Assembly: GCA_037439545.1 (NCBI GenBank)
Contig: JBBIVV010000001.1
Coordinates: 64,001 to 128,000 of the forward strand
Source of the DNA: a bacterium
GTDB taxonomy: Bacteria > JAMCPX01
Direction: 5' to 3'
DNA: 64,000 bases
This document shows, piece after piece, positions 1-10,021 of the stretch (positions are counted from its first letter, which is position 1; every line of letters starts with the position of its first letter). Under the pieces are notes generated by a model. The model did not search any database, was not told the DNA's origin, and worked only from the letters and a program-made list of their open reading frames with translations. The translations under genes were made by a program, and so were the position numbers.

Positions 1-1
1 A

Positions 2-1081
2 CTTAAATCAGCCTATGATATAATGAATAAAAGAGGCAAAAGGCTTGGCGATGCACTTATAATGCTTGGAGCCATTAGTGAGGACAACCTTGAGACGGCT
101 ATTTCCGATAACATGAAAGCGGTCATTATGGATCTGTTTTCATGGGATGGGGTAGAGTATACAAAAGAAGAAAAGGTAACAGGTATAAAAGAGCTGACCT
201 CAATAAAAGATTCCCTGCCCGTAATGCTTTTTGAAGGTGTAAAAAGAAGAACTGACATGGAACGTATAAAGAAGAAGTTAGAATCAGAGGGTGGAATCGT
301 GAGCTTTATGCCCGATAACATATTTAATATCGAAGATTTCAAATTTCCGCATTCGTATAACAGGATAATGAACCTTATTAATGGCAAGAGAACGATATAC
401 GAGCTGATCGCTAAAAGCGGTGTGGCTCAGGACGATGCATATAGATTTATTTATATTTTATTCCTTTTAAAGTTTATAAAGCTTGGAGCTCCAGCCAACG
501 AAGATAAGGACGGCCTTGGCAACATGCCGAAGATACAGGCAGATCCGAACAGGAAAACCAGATTTACAGGTAGTCTCAATGACATATCGATAATAGAACT
601 TATTCAAATGCTCGAGTTCAACAGAAAATCCGGTGCACTTCAGATCAATGATGCAAATGAGATTGGCTGGCTTTTGTTCAATAAGGGAAGGATTACAGAT
701 GCATATTATGGAGATCTCACGAGACAGAATGCGGTGTACAGAATATTGTTCCTTACAGAAGGAGAATTTGAGATAAAATTTAAAGATATCGTGGGTGATC
801 CGAGAATAGACATAGATACCCAAACGTTATTGATGGAAGGATTACGCCTGCTTGATGAAATCAAAAGGATCGAACCTACATTCGGTAGTCTCAAAAAGCG
901 GTTTATGATAAATTCATCTCACCGGTTCAATGCAGAAGAAGAAAAGGAAGAACTTTCGCGCATATTCAATGGCAAGAATGATATGTTGACATCTGCATTT
1001 ATGCTGAATCCGGATCCGCAGATAGGCTTTGACATTATGAACACGCTGTTAAAAAATAATGTAATCGAGGAAGGAAAATGA
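2..1081 (+). CDS. DUF4388 (PatA-N-like) domain protein, 5'-partial
   Basis: Frame is open to the window edge (LKSAYDIM...). RFTGSLNDISIIELIQMLEFNRKSGALQI...GEFEIKF...LLMEGLRLLDE is DUF4388-like. N-terminal RLGDALIMLGAI MshEN-like motif. Confidence 0.75.
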   Translation, partial: LKSAYDIMNKRGKRLGDALIMLGAISEDNLETAISDNMKAVIMDLFSWDGVEYTKEEKVTGIKELTSIKDSLPVMLFEGVKRRTDMERIKKKLESEGGIVSFMPDNIFNIEDFKFPHSYNRIMNLINGKRTIYELIAKSGVAQDDAYRFIYILFLLKFIKLGAPANEDKDGLGNMPKIQADPNRKTRFTGSLNDISIIELIQMLEFNRKSGALQINDANEIGWLLFNKGRITDAYYGDLTRQNAVYRILFLTEGEFEIKFKDIVGDPRIDIDTQTLLMEGLRLLDEIKRIEPTFGSLKKRFMINSSHRFNAEEEKEELSRIFNGKNDMLTSAFMLNPDPQIGFDIMNTLLKNNVIEEGK

Positions 1082-1680
1082 AAATTCTCTGTGACAAATG
1101 CGGCAATGAATTTGTAATCAAAGAAAACAATATAAGAAAACAATCCTATACAATGAGATGCCCTGTGTGTAAAAACCCCATCAATGTCAAGAGGGCAGAA
1201 GCACACGATAGTATATATGGTAAGGGTGAAAAAGCCGGTTCAACGGCAATCCAGCATCCGGCAGCCGTATCGGTAACTACAGATATTTTACATGAGAAGA
1301 CAACGGAAAACCGTGCAGCGAACCGTATAGCAGAAAGAAATAATCTTATCGCACAACAAGACATGCTTAAACAGATTGAAAATGGTTCGGATAGTATCGT
1401 GGAGGCATCTGAAAGTTTTATCGACGATGAAGGGATCGAAAGCTCTATGGAATCACGCAGAAAGGAGGATGTCCGGCACTGGTTAATTCAGCTTGTCGAT
1501 GGCATGGATGTCCCTTTTCTTGCAAGAAAATATATACCGTATATTTACTATACAATGGCGACAGTTACTGTTTTTACCATACTATTTTTCTTTGACGATT
1601 TCATTAAGCTTCATGGCATAACACGCGGCGTTTTATCGATGTTTATACAGGCGTTCCATGATTTAAAACACTATATATAA
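1078..1680 (+). CDS. MJ0042-type zinc-ribbon membrane protein
   Basis: N-terminal CDKC...CPVC; C-terminal hydrophobic helix; ATGA overlap with the upstream gene. Confidence 0.7.
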   Translation: MKILCDKCGNEFVIKENNIRKQSYTMRCPVCKNPINVKRAEAHDSIYGKGEKAGSTAIQHPAAVSVTTDILHEKTTENRAANRIAERNNLIAQQDMLKQIENGSDSIVEASESFIDDEGIESSMESRRKEDVRHWLIQLVDGMDVPFLARKYIPYIYYTMATVTVFTILFFFDDFIKLHGITRGVLSMFIQAFHDLKHYI

Positions 1681-2480
1681 TGGATAGCTACAGGGATGCT
1701 GTAACATATAATCTCGGTTTATTAAAATTTATAAGTGGTATTGTTTATCATGACTCCACAGACTCTACCAATACCATTGCATCGGGGCTTGCTCATGCAG
1801 GAGCTAAGGAATGGACGGTGGTTGTTGCAGATTCGCAGAATAATGGCCGCGGCAGGCAGGGGAGAGTATGGCATTCGCCGCCGAACACGAACATATACAC
1901 ATCTTTTATGGTAAAACCTGATATTTCGTATGAGTATTTTCCGGCAATGAGTTTACTGGCAGGCATGGTCGTTGCCCTGCTCATTGAACAATTTACCGGA
2001 ATGCCGATGGAAATCAAATGGCCCAATGATGTAATTGTCCATAATGAGAAGATAAGCGGCATACTGCTTGAACTCGGGAATGATGTTGATAACCGTGCGT
2101 ATGTCGTTGTTGGTATCGGTATAAATGTAAATGCCGATGTAACCGTTTATCCCGATACTATTGCTTTACTGTCAACGTCACTGATGCGGTTAACAGGTAA
2201 GGCATTCGACAGGGCTGAAATGATTGGCTGTCTGTACTCTATATTTTACAAATGGTATTCTCTGTACATAAGCCGTCCTGGATTTAACTGTATACGGGAA
2301 CAATACATGCAAAGATTCAAAATGATGGGGAAAGAGGTTGCCATAGTAAATGGTGCAGAAACTGTACGCGGTGTGGTAAAAGATATTGATAACTATGGGA
2401 GATTAGTGATAAAAGACTCCGATGATAGCATAGTTACCGTTAAGTCAGGAGATGTCCATTTGGTAAGGACAGCAGTATAG
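1680..2480 (+). CDS. birA: biotin--[acetyl-CoA carboxylase] ligase (no HTH domain)
   Basis: STDSTN, GRGRQGRVWHSP, KWPND, KISGILLE, GIGINV motifs. Confidence 0.93.
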   Translation: MDSYRDAVTYNLGLLKFISGIVYHDSTDSTNTIASGLAHAGAKEWTVVVADSQNNGRGRQGRVWHSPPNTNIYTSFMVKPDISYEYFPAMSLLAGMVVALLIEQFTGMPMEIKWPNDVIVHNEKISGILLELGNDVDNRAYVVVGIGINVNADVTVYPDTIALLSTSLMRLTGKAFDRAEMIGCLYSIFYKWYSLYISRPGFNCIREQYMQRFKMMGKEVAIVNGAETVRGVVKDIDNYGRLVIKDSDDSIVTVKSGDVHLVRTAV

Positions 2481-2508
2481 TATTAAATAAAAACGGAGAG
2501 AGAAGATA

Positions 2509-3285
2509 ATGTTTCTTGCAATAGACGTAGGCAATACAAATATTGTTTTCGGCGTATTTGACGGTGATAATTTACTTACCCACTGGAGGGTCGTAACTTC
2601 ACGGGAAAGAACAGTGGATGAGTATAAGCTGTTACTCAGGGAATTATTTGAACTTGGCGGTGTAAAAATATCTTCTATCGATGGTATAGCAATTTCATGC
2701 GTCGTTCCACCCGTAATAATGTCCCTCGAGAAAGCATGTGAAGATCTGTACGGTATAAAGCCTGTCGTAATAGGTCCCGGCATTAAAACGGGCATAAGCA
2801 TACTTTATGATAATCCGAGGGAGGTTGGCGCTGACAGAATAGTCAATGCGGTTGCCGGATACGATAAATACAAAAAGAATCTTATAATAGTGGATTTCGG
2901 TACGGCTACCACATTTGATTGTGTCGGTAAAAAAGGTGAATATCTTGGAGGAGTAATAGCTCCGGGCATCGGTATTTCGCTTGAGGCCCTGTTTACACAC
3001 GCATCTAAACTGCCAAGGATTGAAATAACTGCACCGCCGCATGTTATAGGCACAAACACTGTCAACAGTATGCAATCGGGCATATTTTATGGGTACAAAG
3101 CCCTCGTCGAGGGCATTATAAAACTTATTTCGAAGGAGATGAAGGAAGAAAAACCTGTGGTCATCGCAACAGGAGGATTTGCAGAATTGATAGGTAATGC
3201 TACATCCTTTATAAACGATGTAGATGAATTCTTGACATTAAAAGGGTTAAAGCTAATATATAGTAAGAATATTACTAAAAAATAA
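2509..3285 (+). CDS. coaX: type III pantothenate kinase
   Basis: AIDVGNTN, VGADR, IVDFGTATT, GGVIAPG motifs. Confidence 0.95.
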   Translation: MFLAIDVGNTNIVFGVFDGDNLLTHWRVVTSRERTVDEYKLLLRELFELGGVKISSIDGIAISCVVPPVIMSLEKACEDLYGIKPVVIGPGIKTGISILYDNPREVGADRIVNAVAGYDKYKKNLIIVDFGTATTFDCVGKKGEYLGGVIAPGIGISLEALFTHASKLPRIEITAPPHVIGTNTVNSMQSGIFYGYKALVEGIIKLISKEMKEEKPVVIATGGFAELIGNATSFINDVDEFLTLKGLKLIYSKNITKK

Positions 3286-3300
3286 TTGTAAGGAGGCTTA

Positions 3301-3792
3301 ATGGCTTCTGAAAATGCAGAAGACTTTTTTGAACAGGCTCTTAAATTAATAAAAGCAGGTAAGAGTCGTGAAGCCTTTGAATTACTGAAGAAGCTTGTCG
3401 AAAATGCGCCATCTTCTATTTATGAGATAGAGGCCAGGTACCTGTCGTATTATGGTTATCTGACAGGTATGGTTGCTCACAACTATCAACGCGGTATCGA
3501 GCTGTGTAATGAGGCTATAAAAAGAGAATTCTTCCATCCTGATTTTTATCTCAACCTCGGAAGGCTGCATCTGGCCATTAACAATAAGGGTATGGCTGTA
3601 AAGACCTTTTATAAAGGTTTGAGGATTGATAGAACGAATAAGGGACTCATAGAAGAAATAAAAAAATTGGGTGTAAGAAAGAAACCCATTTTTTCGTTCC
3701 TGGGCAGGGAGCATCCTGTCAACAAGCTCGTCGGTAAAATCAGGACATCATTCCACGGATTAATAAGGGGGAAAAATGGCCGGAAACAATGA
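3301..3792 (+). CDS. TPR-repeat protein
   Basis: TPR-like helices (DFYLNLGRLHLA...AVKTFYKGLRID); SD AAGGAGG upstream. Confidence 0.75.
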   Translation: MASENAEDFFEQALKLIKAGKSREAFELLKKLVENAPSSIYEIEARYLSYYGYLTGMVAHNYQRGIELCNEAIKREFFHPDFYLNLGRLHLAINNKGMAVKTFYKGLRIDRTNKGLIEEIKKLGVRKKPIFSFLGREHPVNKLVGKIRTSFHGLIRGKNGRKQ

Positions 3793-5860
3793 TCACACGA
3801 GGAATATCGCAATTATAGGTATTGGTGCAAGCGGAAAAACGCAGCTCGCAGATACTTTTCTCTTCAATGCAAAAGCAGTTCCAGGCATAGGGAAAGTAAT
3901 AGATAAAACATCCAACATGGTCCTTGAGCAGGAGGAATTTGAGCATCTTACAACCATTACTGCCTCTCTCGCTACTGTTGAAATCAACGGAATAAAATTC
4001 AATTTTATCGATACGCCGAGTCAGGACGGATTTATTGCTGAAACGATCAATTCTCTCCAGTCTGTTGACGGTGCAATCTTTTTAATGAGTGCACAAACCG
4101 ATATAAAGCAGGAGGCAGAAACACTCATGAAGTATACGGCAGCATTTCATCTGCCGGTCATCTTTCTTATAAACAAGATGGATGGCGAAAATGCGGATTT
4201 TTACAACGCACTGCATGAATACGGCACGTACCTGAATATCAAACTTACGCCTGTTGCCCTGCCAATCGGGAGCGGTGAGAAGTTCGAAGGTATTTATAAT
4301 ATCATTGATAAGAAAACATATCTTTATCCAAAAGATGCTTCCGGTCATCCGAAACAGGTTGCAGGCAACATACCTGAAGATGTTGAGGAATTTGAGAAGG
4401 GATTGTTCGAGACTGCTGCTGAAAACGACGATGCCCTGCTCGAGAGGTACCTGAACAATGAAAAATTAAAGGTTGAAGAAATAATCGAACCTATAAAAAA
4501 GGCGGTCTCATCCAGAAACATGTTCCCGGTCATGCCTGGTTCCGCGCTGCTTAACATTGGTATGGACAAATTGACCGAGTTCTGTTTTTCATGGCTCCCT
4601 GCTCACCACGAAGTAAATGGGAAAACAATTCTAAAACCCTCCCATGGAGACGGGGCCATTGAGGTCAAGCGCACTGCATCGGAAAAGCCGGTTCTTTTTA
4701 TATTTAAGACGACGATAGATCCTTATTCCGGTAAGATGAGCTATGCAAGGATTCTTGCCGGCAGGATAAATCAGGATACAGTCGTTTATAATGCCTCAAC
4801 AGGGGCGGAAGAGAAAACAAACCATATTTACACCATGATAGGGAAGAAGAGCAAACTTATCAATGCGGCAGAGTGCGGCGACATTGTTGCGCTCGCAAAG
4901 CTGCAGGCAACCAGGACAGGAGATACGCTGAAAGCAATAAAGGATGCATTTGCTGTTCCGCAGTTATACAGGCCGAAAAAACTTGTTTCGTATGCGGTTA
5001 AACCCAAGGGTAAGAGCGATGAGGAAAAGGTTACACAGACACTGAACAAAATCCTCGAGGAGGACACATCGCTATCACTCAGGAGGGATGCTCAGTTAAA
5101 GGAATTGATACTTGAGGGTGTGTCTAAAGAACAGCTTGAAATTGTTATGCATAAAGCGAGGAGGAAATACGGCATAGATTTAGAGTTGGTCTTGCCGGAC
5201 ATCCCATACAAAGAGACCATAAAAGGAAGAGCAGAGGCACAGGGTAAGTATAAAAAACAATCAGGGGGCAGGGGGCAGTATGGTGATGTATGGATAAAGC
5301 TTGAACCGCTTGCAAGGGGAAGAGGTGTTGAATTTATAGACAAAATAGTCGGAGGTGCTATACCAAGACAGTATATACCTGCAGTAGAAAAGGGGATAAG
5401 GGACGCAACGACGGAAGGTTTCCTTGCAGGTTTCCCGGTTGTAGATTTTGCTGCAACTGCGTATGATGGATCATATCATGATGTTGATTCATCCGAACTT
5501 GCATTTAAGATTGCAGGTTCGTTTGCTTTTAAAAAGTGTATGGAGAGTGCAATCCCTGTAATACTTGAACCTATAATGTTAATTACTGTAACAGTGCCGG
5601 AGGCCTTTACCGGAGAGGTTATAGGCGGGCTTAATTCTAAAAGGGCAAAGATACTCGGTATGGCTCAGGATGAGAATAAGAAGCAGGTGATAAAGGCACA
5701 TGTGCCTTTATCAGAGGTTCAAATGTATGGAGATGAATTGCGTTCCATAACAAAGGGGATGGGGACTTTTGATATCGAATACTTCGGCTATGAGGAGGTT
5801 CCTTCGCATATAGCTGAAAAGATTATTGGCAGTAAAAATAAAAAAGAAGTAAAGGTATAG
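3776..5860 (+). CDS. elongation factor G paralogue (EF-G2-like) with divergent GTPase motifs
   Basis: 694 aa. Domain IV/V motifs KQSGGRGQYGDV, GSYHDVDSSELAF and ILEPIM are conserved; G1 is GIGASGKT and G3 is DTPSQDGF. Confidence 0.9.
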   Translation: MAGNNDHTRNIAIIGIGASGKTQLADTFLFNAKAVPGIGKVIDKTSNMVLEQEEFEHLTTITASLATVEINGIKFNFIDTPSQDGFIAETINSLQSVDGAIFLMSAQTDIKQEAETLMKYTAAFHLPVIFLINKMDGENADFYNALHEYGTYLNIKLTPVALPIGSGEKFEGIYNIIDKKTYLYPKDASGHPKQVAGNIPEDVEEFEKGLFETAAENDDALLERYLNNEKLKVEEIIEPIKKAVSSRNMFPVMPGSALLNIGMDKLTEFCFSWLPAHHEVNGKTILKPSHGDGAIEVKRTASEKPVLFIFKTTIDPYSGKMSYARILAGRINQDTVVYNASTGAEEKTNHIYTMIGKKSKLINAAECGDIVALAKLQATRTGDTLKAIKDAFAVPQLYRPKKLVSYAVKPKGKSDEEKVTQTLNKILEEDTSLSLRRDAQLKELILEGVSKEQLEIVMHKARRKYGIDLELVLPDIPYKETIKGRAEAQGKYKKQSGGRGQYGDVWIKLEPLARGRGVEFIDKIVGGAIPRQYIPAVEKGIRDATTEGFLAGFPVVDFAATAYDGSYHDVDSSELAFKIAGSFAFKKCMESAIPVILEPIMLITVTVPEAFTGEVIGGLNSKRAKILGMAQDENKKQVIKAHVPLSEVQMYGDELRSITKGMGTFDIEYFGYEEVPSHIAEKIIGSKNKKEVKV

Positions 5861-5861
5861 T

Positions 5862-7007
5862 ATGGATAAAAAAGACAAAGAAACAAAAAAAACAATAGCA
5901 GATGAGCTGTTGGAAGATAATTTCTTTAAGCCTCCCATGGATGATGTGATTGATGATGAGGTGCCGGAAAAACATGGTGTTTCGGATGCAGGAGAGGAAG
6001 GACCTGAAAAAAGTGACAGCAGTCTTCTCTTTGATGAGTTTCTTAAATCGCCCGTTGAAATATCACCTGAAGAAACTTCTGAATTAACGATAGAGGAAAG
6101 GCCTGTTATCCCTCAGACTCGGGAGGCAATTCCCGACATACATCCCACGGTATCTGCATCCCGGTCTGCAGCAGTTCTAAAGACTGCAGGACCTTCCGGA
6201 AGCAAGATGAAGTTGATAATAGCATCTCTCGGAGGCGGTGCGGTCCTTTTATTAGCAGTTGCCGGATATTTTTATTTAGGTCATAAATCCACTGATACGA
6301 CCCGGAGCACTGCCGTAACAGGCTCACAAACTATTGTCATGACTCATGAAACACCGCCTTCCGGAGTACAGCCTCCTGAAGTTACCCGTGAGAGCGCCAA
6401 ACCTGCACCATTGCCTGACGGCAATCATGAAAACAACCCGACGGTCAAGGAACAGACACCGCATCAGCCAGGTCAGCAGGTAGCTGAGAATGTTCCTCCT
6501 GTTCAAACGTCTCAGCCTGCCCAGACAATCCAGGAAGCGTCAAAACAGTTTGAAGTTGCACTCGAGAAGATCAAGACAAAAGCAGCATTGGACAGGGTAA
6601 AACGGATTGGAGCTTCAATAGATAAATCATTAAATTTCGATATCAAGGAAAATACGGCGAACAATACCCTGTATAACCTTTATGTCGATAAAATATATTC
6701 CTCGGAAGGCGAGGCTACAGCGGACAATCTTAAACTTATGGTAGCCAATATATCGAACGCTTCGGTTATTAAGGCTGATGGAGGATACCGGATACTTATA
6801 GGTAAATACAACTCAAGAGGACCCGCCGATACTGATATGAAGAATATAGAATCAGCAGGACTTAAAGGGGTAATAAAAGAAGCTACCAGTAAAGTTTCAA
6901 CCTATAATATAAGAGTTTTTCCTTTCAAATCATCGAAAGATGCCAAAGAGTATATTTCGAAAGTGAGAAAATTAGCGTTCAAGGCAAGCTTTTCAGAAAT
7001 AAAATAA
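5862..7007 (+). CDS. bitopic membrane protein with C-terminal SPOR-like domain(s)
   Basis: Acidic N-terminus, one TM helix (LIIASLGGGAVLLLAVAGYFYL), P/Q/T-rich linker, YRILIGKY and YNIRVFPFKSSKDA SPOR-like strands. Confidence 0.6.
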   Translation: MDKKDKETKKTIADELLEDNFFKPPMDDVIDDEVPEKHGVSDAGEEGPEKSDSSLLFDEFLKSPVEISPEETSELTIEERPVIPQTREAIPDIHPTVSASRSAAVLKTAGPSGSKMKLIIASLGGGAVLLLAVAGYFYLGHKSTDTTRSTAVTGSQTIVMTHETPPSGVQPPEVTRESAKPAPLPDGNHENNPTVKEQTPHQPGQQVAENVPPVQTSQPAQTIQEASKQFEVALEKIKTKAALDRVKRIGASIDKSLNFDIKENTANNTLYNLYVDKIYSSEGEATADNLKLMVANISNASVIKADGGYRILIGKYNSRGPADTDMKNIESAGLKGVIKEATSKVSTYNIRVFPFKSSKDAKEYISKVRKLAFKASFSEIK

Positions 7008-7008
7008 T

Positions 7009-8211
7009 ATGTTTGAGAATCTATCGGATAATGCAAAACTTTATTTAAAAGAATCAGTGCCGGCGCAGCTCGTGTCTGCTGTTGTAAGGGGCTTGGTGCC
7101 GCTTGAGCCGAAGGAACTGCTGATAGTGATTGCCTATCATTATGTGAATGGTAACGATCAGATAAAAGCTGATGCAGTAAATACCCTTAAATCTCTTCCA
7201 TCCAACATTATCGACACCGTGGTCGGAGGCGATGTGCCTGATTTTGTCCTTGGATTCATATATCACAACAGCACACTATCACAGACTGCCGTTTATCCTT
7301 TTATAACAAACAAGAATCTTTCGGATGACATGTTTATAGAACTTGCGCGCAGCGATAATGAAGCAATTCTTGAACTTATTGCAAAGAACCAGATGAGGAT
7401 CCTGAAGAATGACAAGATATTCGATACAATCATTACGAATCCACATTTACCGAAGATATTGAGGGACCAACTCATGGAGTTTTTTGCGACCTTGGCAAGT
7501 AAACAGCTGAGGAAGCTCAATATTAAAATAGAAAAAAAAGATGTCCGGCAGCCTGATAAAACAAAAGACCTTCCTTCATCTGTAATCAATCCTGCAGGTT
7601 TGCCCTCTGATCTAAAATCATCTGATCTTCCTTCTGACATGCAGGGGCAGGGACTCCCTTCAAATGTTGCCATGCTTCCTTCAAACGTACTTTCAGGCTT
7701 ACCGTCCGATGCGCTCGATAACCTGCCGGTCAACCTTATGATGGAAGGGCTTCCGTCAGAATTAATACAGGATGAAGCCGTTCAGATCGAAGATGAAGGT
7801 GTCAAATTGACACTTTTTCAACATATACAAAAGATGACTGTTTCCCAGAAGATAAAGCTTGCTTTGCTCGGAAATAAAGAGGCCCGCACGATACTTTTCA
7901 GAGACTCCAACAGGATCGTTATTGAGTCGGTCATGAAGAGTCCCCGCATAACTGACGGTGAAATACTTGGTATCGCAAATTCACGGAGTGTAAGCGAAGA
8001 CATTGTCAGGATAATTGCCGCGAACAGAGAATGGCAGAAAAATTACAGAGTTCGCCAGGCACTTGCCGGCAATCCGAAAACTCCTGTGCCCATTGCGTTG
8101 AAATTGCTTGAAACTATATCAAAACAGGATTTAAAGAGTCTCAGTAACAGCAAAAATATTTCTTCGGTTATTGCTACGACAGCAAAACGAATGATAGGAG
8201 ATGTGAAATAA
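7009..8211 (+). CDS. conserved helical-repeat hypothetical protein with internal LPSx repeats
   Basis: C-terminal KIKLALLGNKEARTILFRDSNR...ALAGNPKTP (LRV/HEAT-like); start/stop junctions are tight with both neighbours. Confidence 0.7.
   Translation: MFENLSDNAKLYLKESVPAQLVSAVVRGLVPLEPKELLIVIAYHYVNGNDQIKADAVNTLKSLPSNIIDTVVGGDVPDFVLGFIYHNSTLSQTAVYPFITNKNLSDDMFIELARSDNEAILELIAKNQMRILKNDKIFDTIITNPHLPKILRDQLMEFFATLASKQLRKLNIKIEKKDVRQPDKTKDLPSSVINPAGLPSDLKSSDLPSDMQGQGLPSNVAMLPSNVLSGLPSDALDNLPVNLMMEGLPSELIQDEAVQIEDEGVKLTLFQHIQKMTVSQKIKLALLGNKEARTILFRDSNRIVIESVMKSPRITDGEILGIANSRSVSEDIVRIIAANREWQKNYRVRQALAGNPKTPVPIALKLLETISKQDLKSLSNSKNISSVIATTAKRMIGDVK
7570..7761 (+). repeat. intragenic peptide repeat LP(S/V)(S/D/N/E), 8 copies
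   Basis: LPSS, LPSD, LPSD, LPSN, LPSN, LPSD, LPVN, LPSE spaced 7-9 residues apart. Confidence 0.85.
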
Positions 8212-9104
8212 TGGCTTTATTAAACTCGAACAAGAAAGAGATCAATGCTAAGATCGTATATTATGGCCCCGGACTCTCAGGTAAAACTACCAATATACAG
8301 TTTATCTATAAAAAATTAAAACCTGAACACAAGGGAAAGCTCATGACACTTGCAACACAAACGGACAGGACACTTTTTTTTGATTTTCTGCCTGTCGAAC
8401 TCGGTGAGATAAAAGGTATGAAGATAAGGTTCCAGCTGTACACCGTTCCCGGACAGGTATTCTACAACGCGACTAGAAAACTTGTCCTGAAAAATGTCGA
8501 CGGAGTGGTGTTTGTAGCGAGTGCAGAAAAAGATAAAATGTACGACAATCTTGAAAGTTTCAAAAATCTTGAAGAAAATATCCAGCATTACGGCAGATCA
8601 TTGAACGATATTCCATTTGTGCTCCAGTATAATAAGATGGATCTCCCGAATATTCTTACCGTAGGAGAATTACAAAAGGAATTGAACAAACTCACGGTCC
8701 CTTACTATGAAGCATCGGCAAGCAGCGGTGCAGGTGTCCTGCAAACACTGACCGGTATAACTAAATTGGTCGTTCACAGATTGAAAGCGCAAACATCAAT
8801 AGCAGATGCCGACAGGATGGATCAGGACAGTGAGGTAAAAGAAATCCAGATAGAACAGCAGCCTGTATCTCCAACCCAGAAACCTGCCGCAGAACCATTG
8901 AAGCAGACAACGAATACAACGGTAAAACAGCCTGCAGTGCAGTCCCAGCTTAAACACGCAGTACAGAGCCAGATTAATAAATTTCTAAATGTTCTTGAAG
9001 TCGGAAAGCCGGAAGTAATGAGCGGTAATACTATCATTGTTCCCGTTGTTGCAGTAGACGAGGATAAGGTGCACTACGAATTGAAAGTAACGATAAAGTT
9101 CTGA
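8211..9104 (+). CDS. MglA-family small GTPase with C-terminal extension
   Basis: KIVYYGPGLSGKTTN, TDRTLFFDFLP, LYTVPGQVFY, QYNKMD; about 100 extra C-terminal residues. Confidence 0.9.
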   Translation: MALLNSNKKEINAKIVYYGPGLSGKTTNIQFIYKKLKPEHKGKLMTLATQTDRTLFFDFLPVELGEIKGMKIRFQLYTVPGQVFYNATRKLVLKNVDGVVFVASAEKDKMYDNLESFKNLEENIQHYGRSLNDIPFVLQYNKMDLPNILTVGELQKELNKLTVPYYEASASSGAGVLQTLTGITKLVVHRLKAQTSIADADRMDQDSEVKEIQIEQQPVSPTQKPAAEPLKQTTNTTVKQPAVQSQLKHAVQSQINKFLNVLEVGKPEVMSGNTIIVPVVAVDEDKVHYELKVTIKF

Positions 9105-9148
9105 TCAGAAAATGTATATGTTACGCGATGAATTTGATTATGTATGCT

Positions 9149-10021
9149 CTAAAACGGATACATGGTGAATGATATGAGCTGGTTATTATTTCTGTCGTTC
9201 CCCACATCACCTACGAATGTATATGCAAGAGTAAACCTCGGACCATACCATGCAACACCTGCCGAATAGTTCTTGGTGTTGGTCGTTTCCAGCCATGCAT
9301 AGCCTCCGCGAACCGCTATTTGATTGATAAAAACGACTTCCCCGCCTGTATGATAATCAATGTTCTTGCCCGTTTTAATATCAAGATTCTTTATAGCATC
9401 AAAAGCAAGCGTAAGGACGCTATGGAGCAGAATTGAAATCCCCGCATCAACAAGCCTGGGCGGAAGTTGTTCCGGGTGGCCTTTTATCTTTGTCAGATTA
9501 AGACCAGCCAATGAAATATTGAGAAACGGGAGGTCGGGTGATAGAATAATACCATATCCGAGCGTTCCTGAATCTCCTGAAAGGCCCTGAGTAAATTGAT
9601 CCATTCTGCCGGTAACTCCGGCACTGAATATACCGGGATCTCCCAATGATAAAGCAAGAGCATACGTGTTTCTCTGTATCTTTAATGAAGAGAGCTTGTA
9701 GCTATCCATATAATAACCGAATCCTGCACCGAGTGAGGATGTAACACTGTCAACAATGGTGAAGTCAAGCCTGTTTTCAGTGTTCGGATTGTTGTATAAA
9801 TAAAGGATGTCGGCACCGTATCGGGCTTTTGCGCTTATACCTGCGGGGTTCAAAAGGATCGCTCCGTTGTCGGTTGCAACTGCGCCATAGGCACCGCCCA
9901 TACCCGCAGACCCCGGAGTCGTAGAATTGAGGAGTGAATCGGCATAAGAAAATGATGTCGTAAACAGAATAGTCGCTATTACAGATACTGCAAGACGAGT
10001 CCTTTTAGATGTGCGTTTCAA
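9149..10021 (-). CDS. outer-membrane beta-barrel protein (PorV/FadL-like N-terminal motif)
   Basis: Signal peptide; SAGMGGAYGAVA...NPAGI motif; alternating beta strands; terminal Phe; TTG start overlapping the osmC stop. Confidence 0.65.
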   Translation of the reverse strand: MKRTSKRTRLAVSVIATILFTTSFSYADSLLNSTTPGSAGMGGAYGAVATDNGAILLNPAGISAKARYGADILYLYNNPNTENRLDFTIVDSVTSSLGAGFGYYMDSYKLSSLKIQRNTYALALSLGDPGIFSAGVTGRMDQFTQGLSGDSGTLGYGIILSPDLPFLNISLAGLNLTKIKGHPEQLPPRLVDAGISILLHSVLTLAFDAIKNLDIKTGKNIDYHTGGEVVFINQIAVRGGYAWLETTNTKNYSAGVAWYGPRFTLAYTFVGDVGNDRNNNQLISFTMYPF

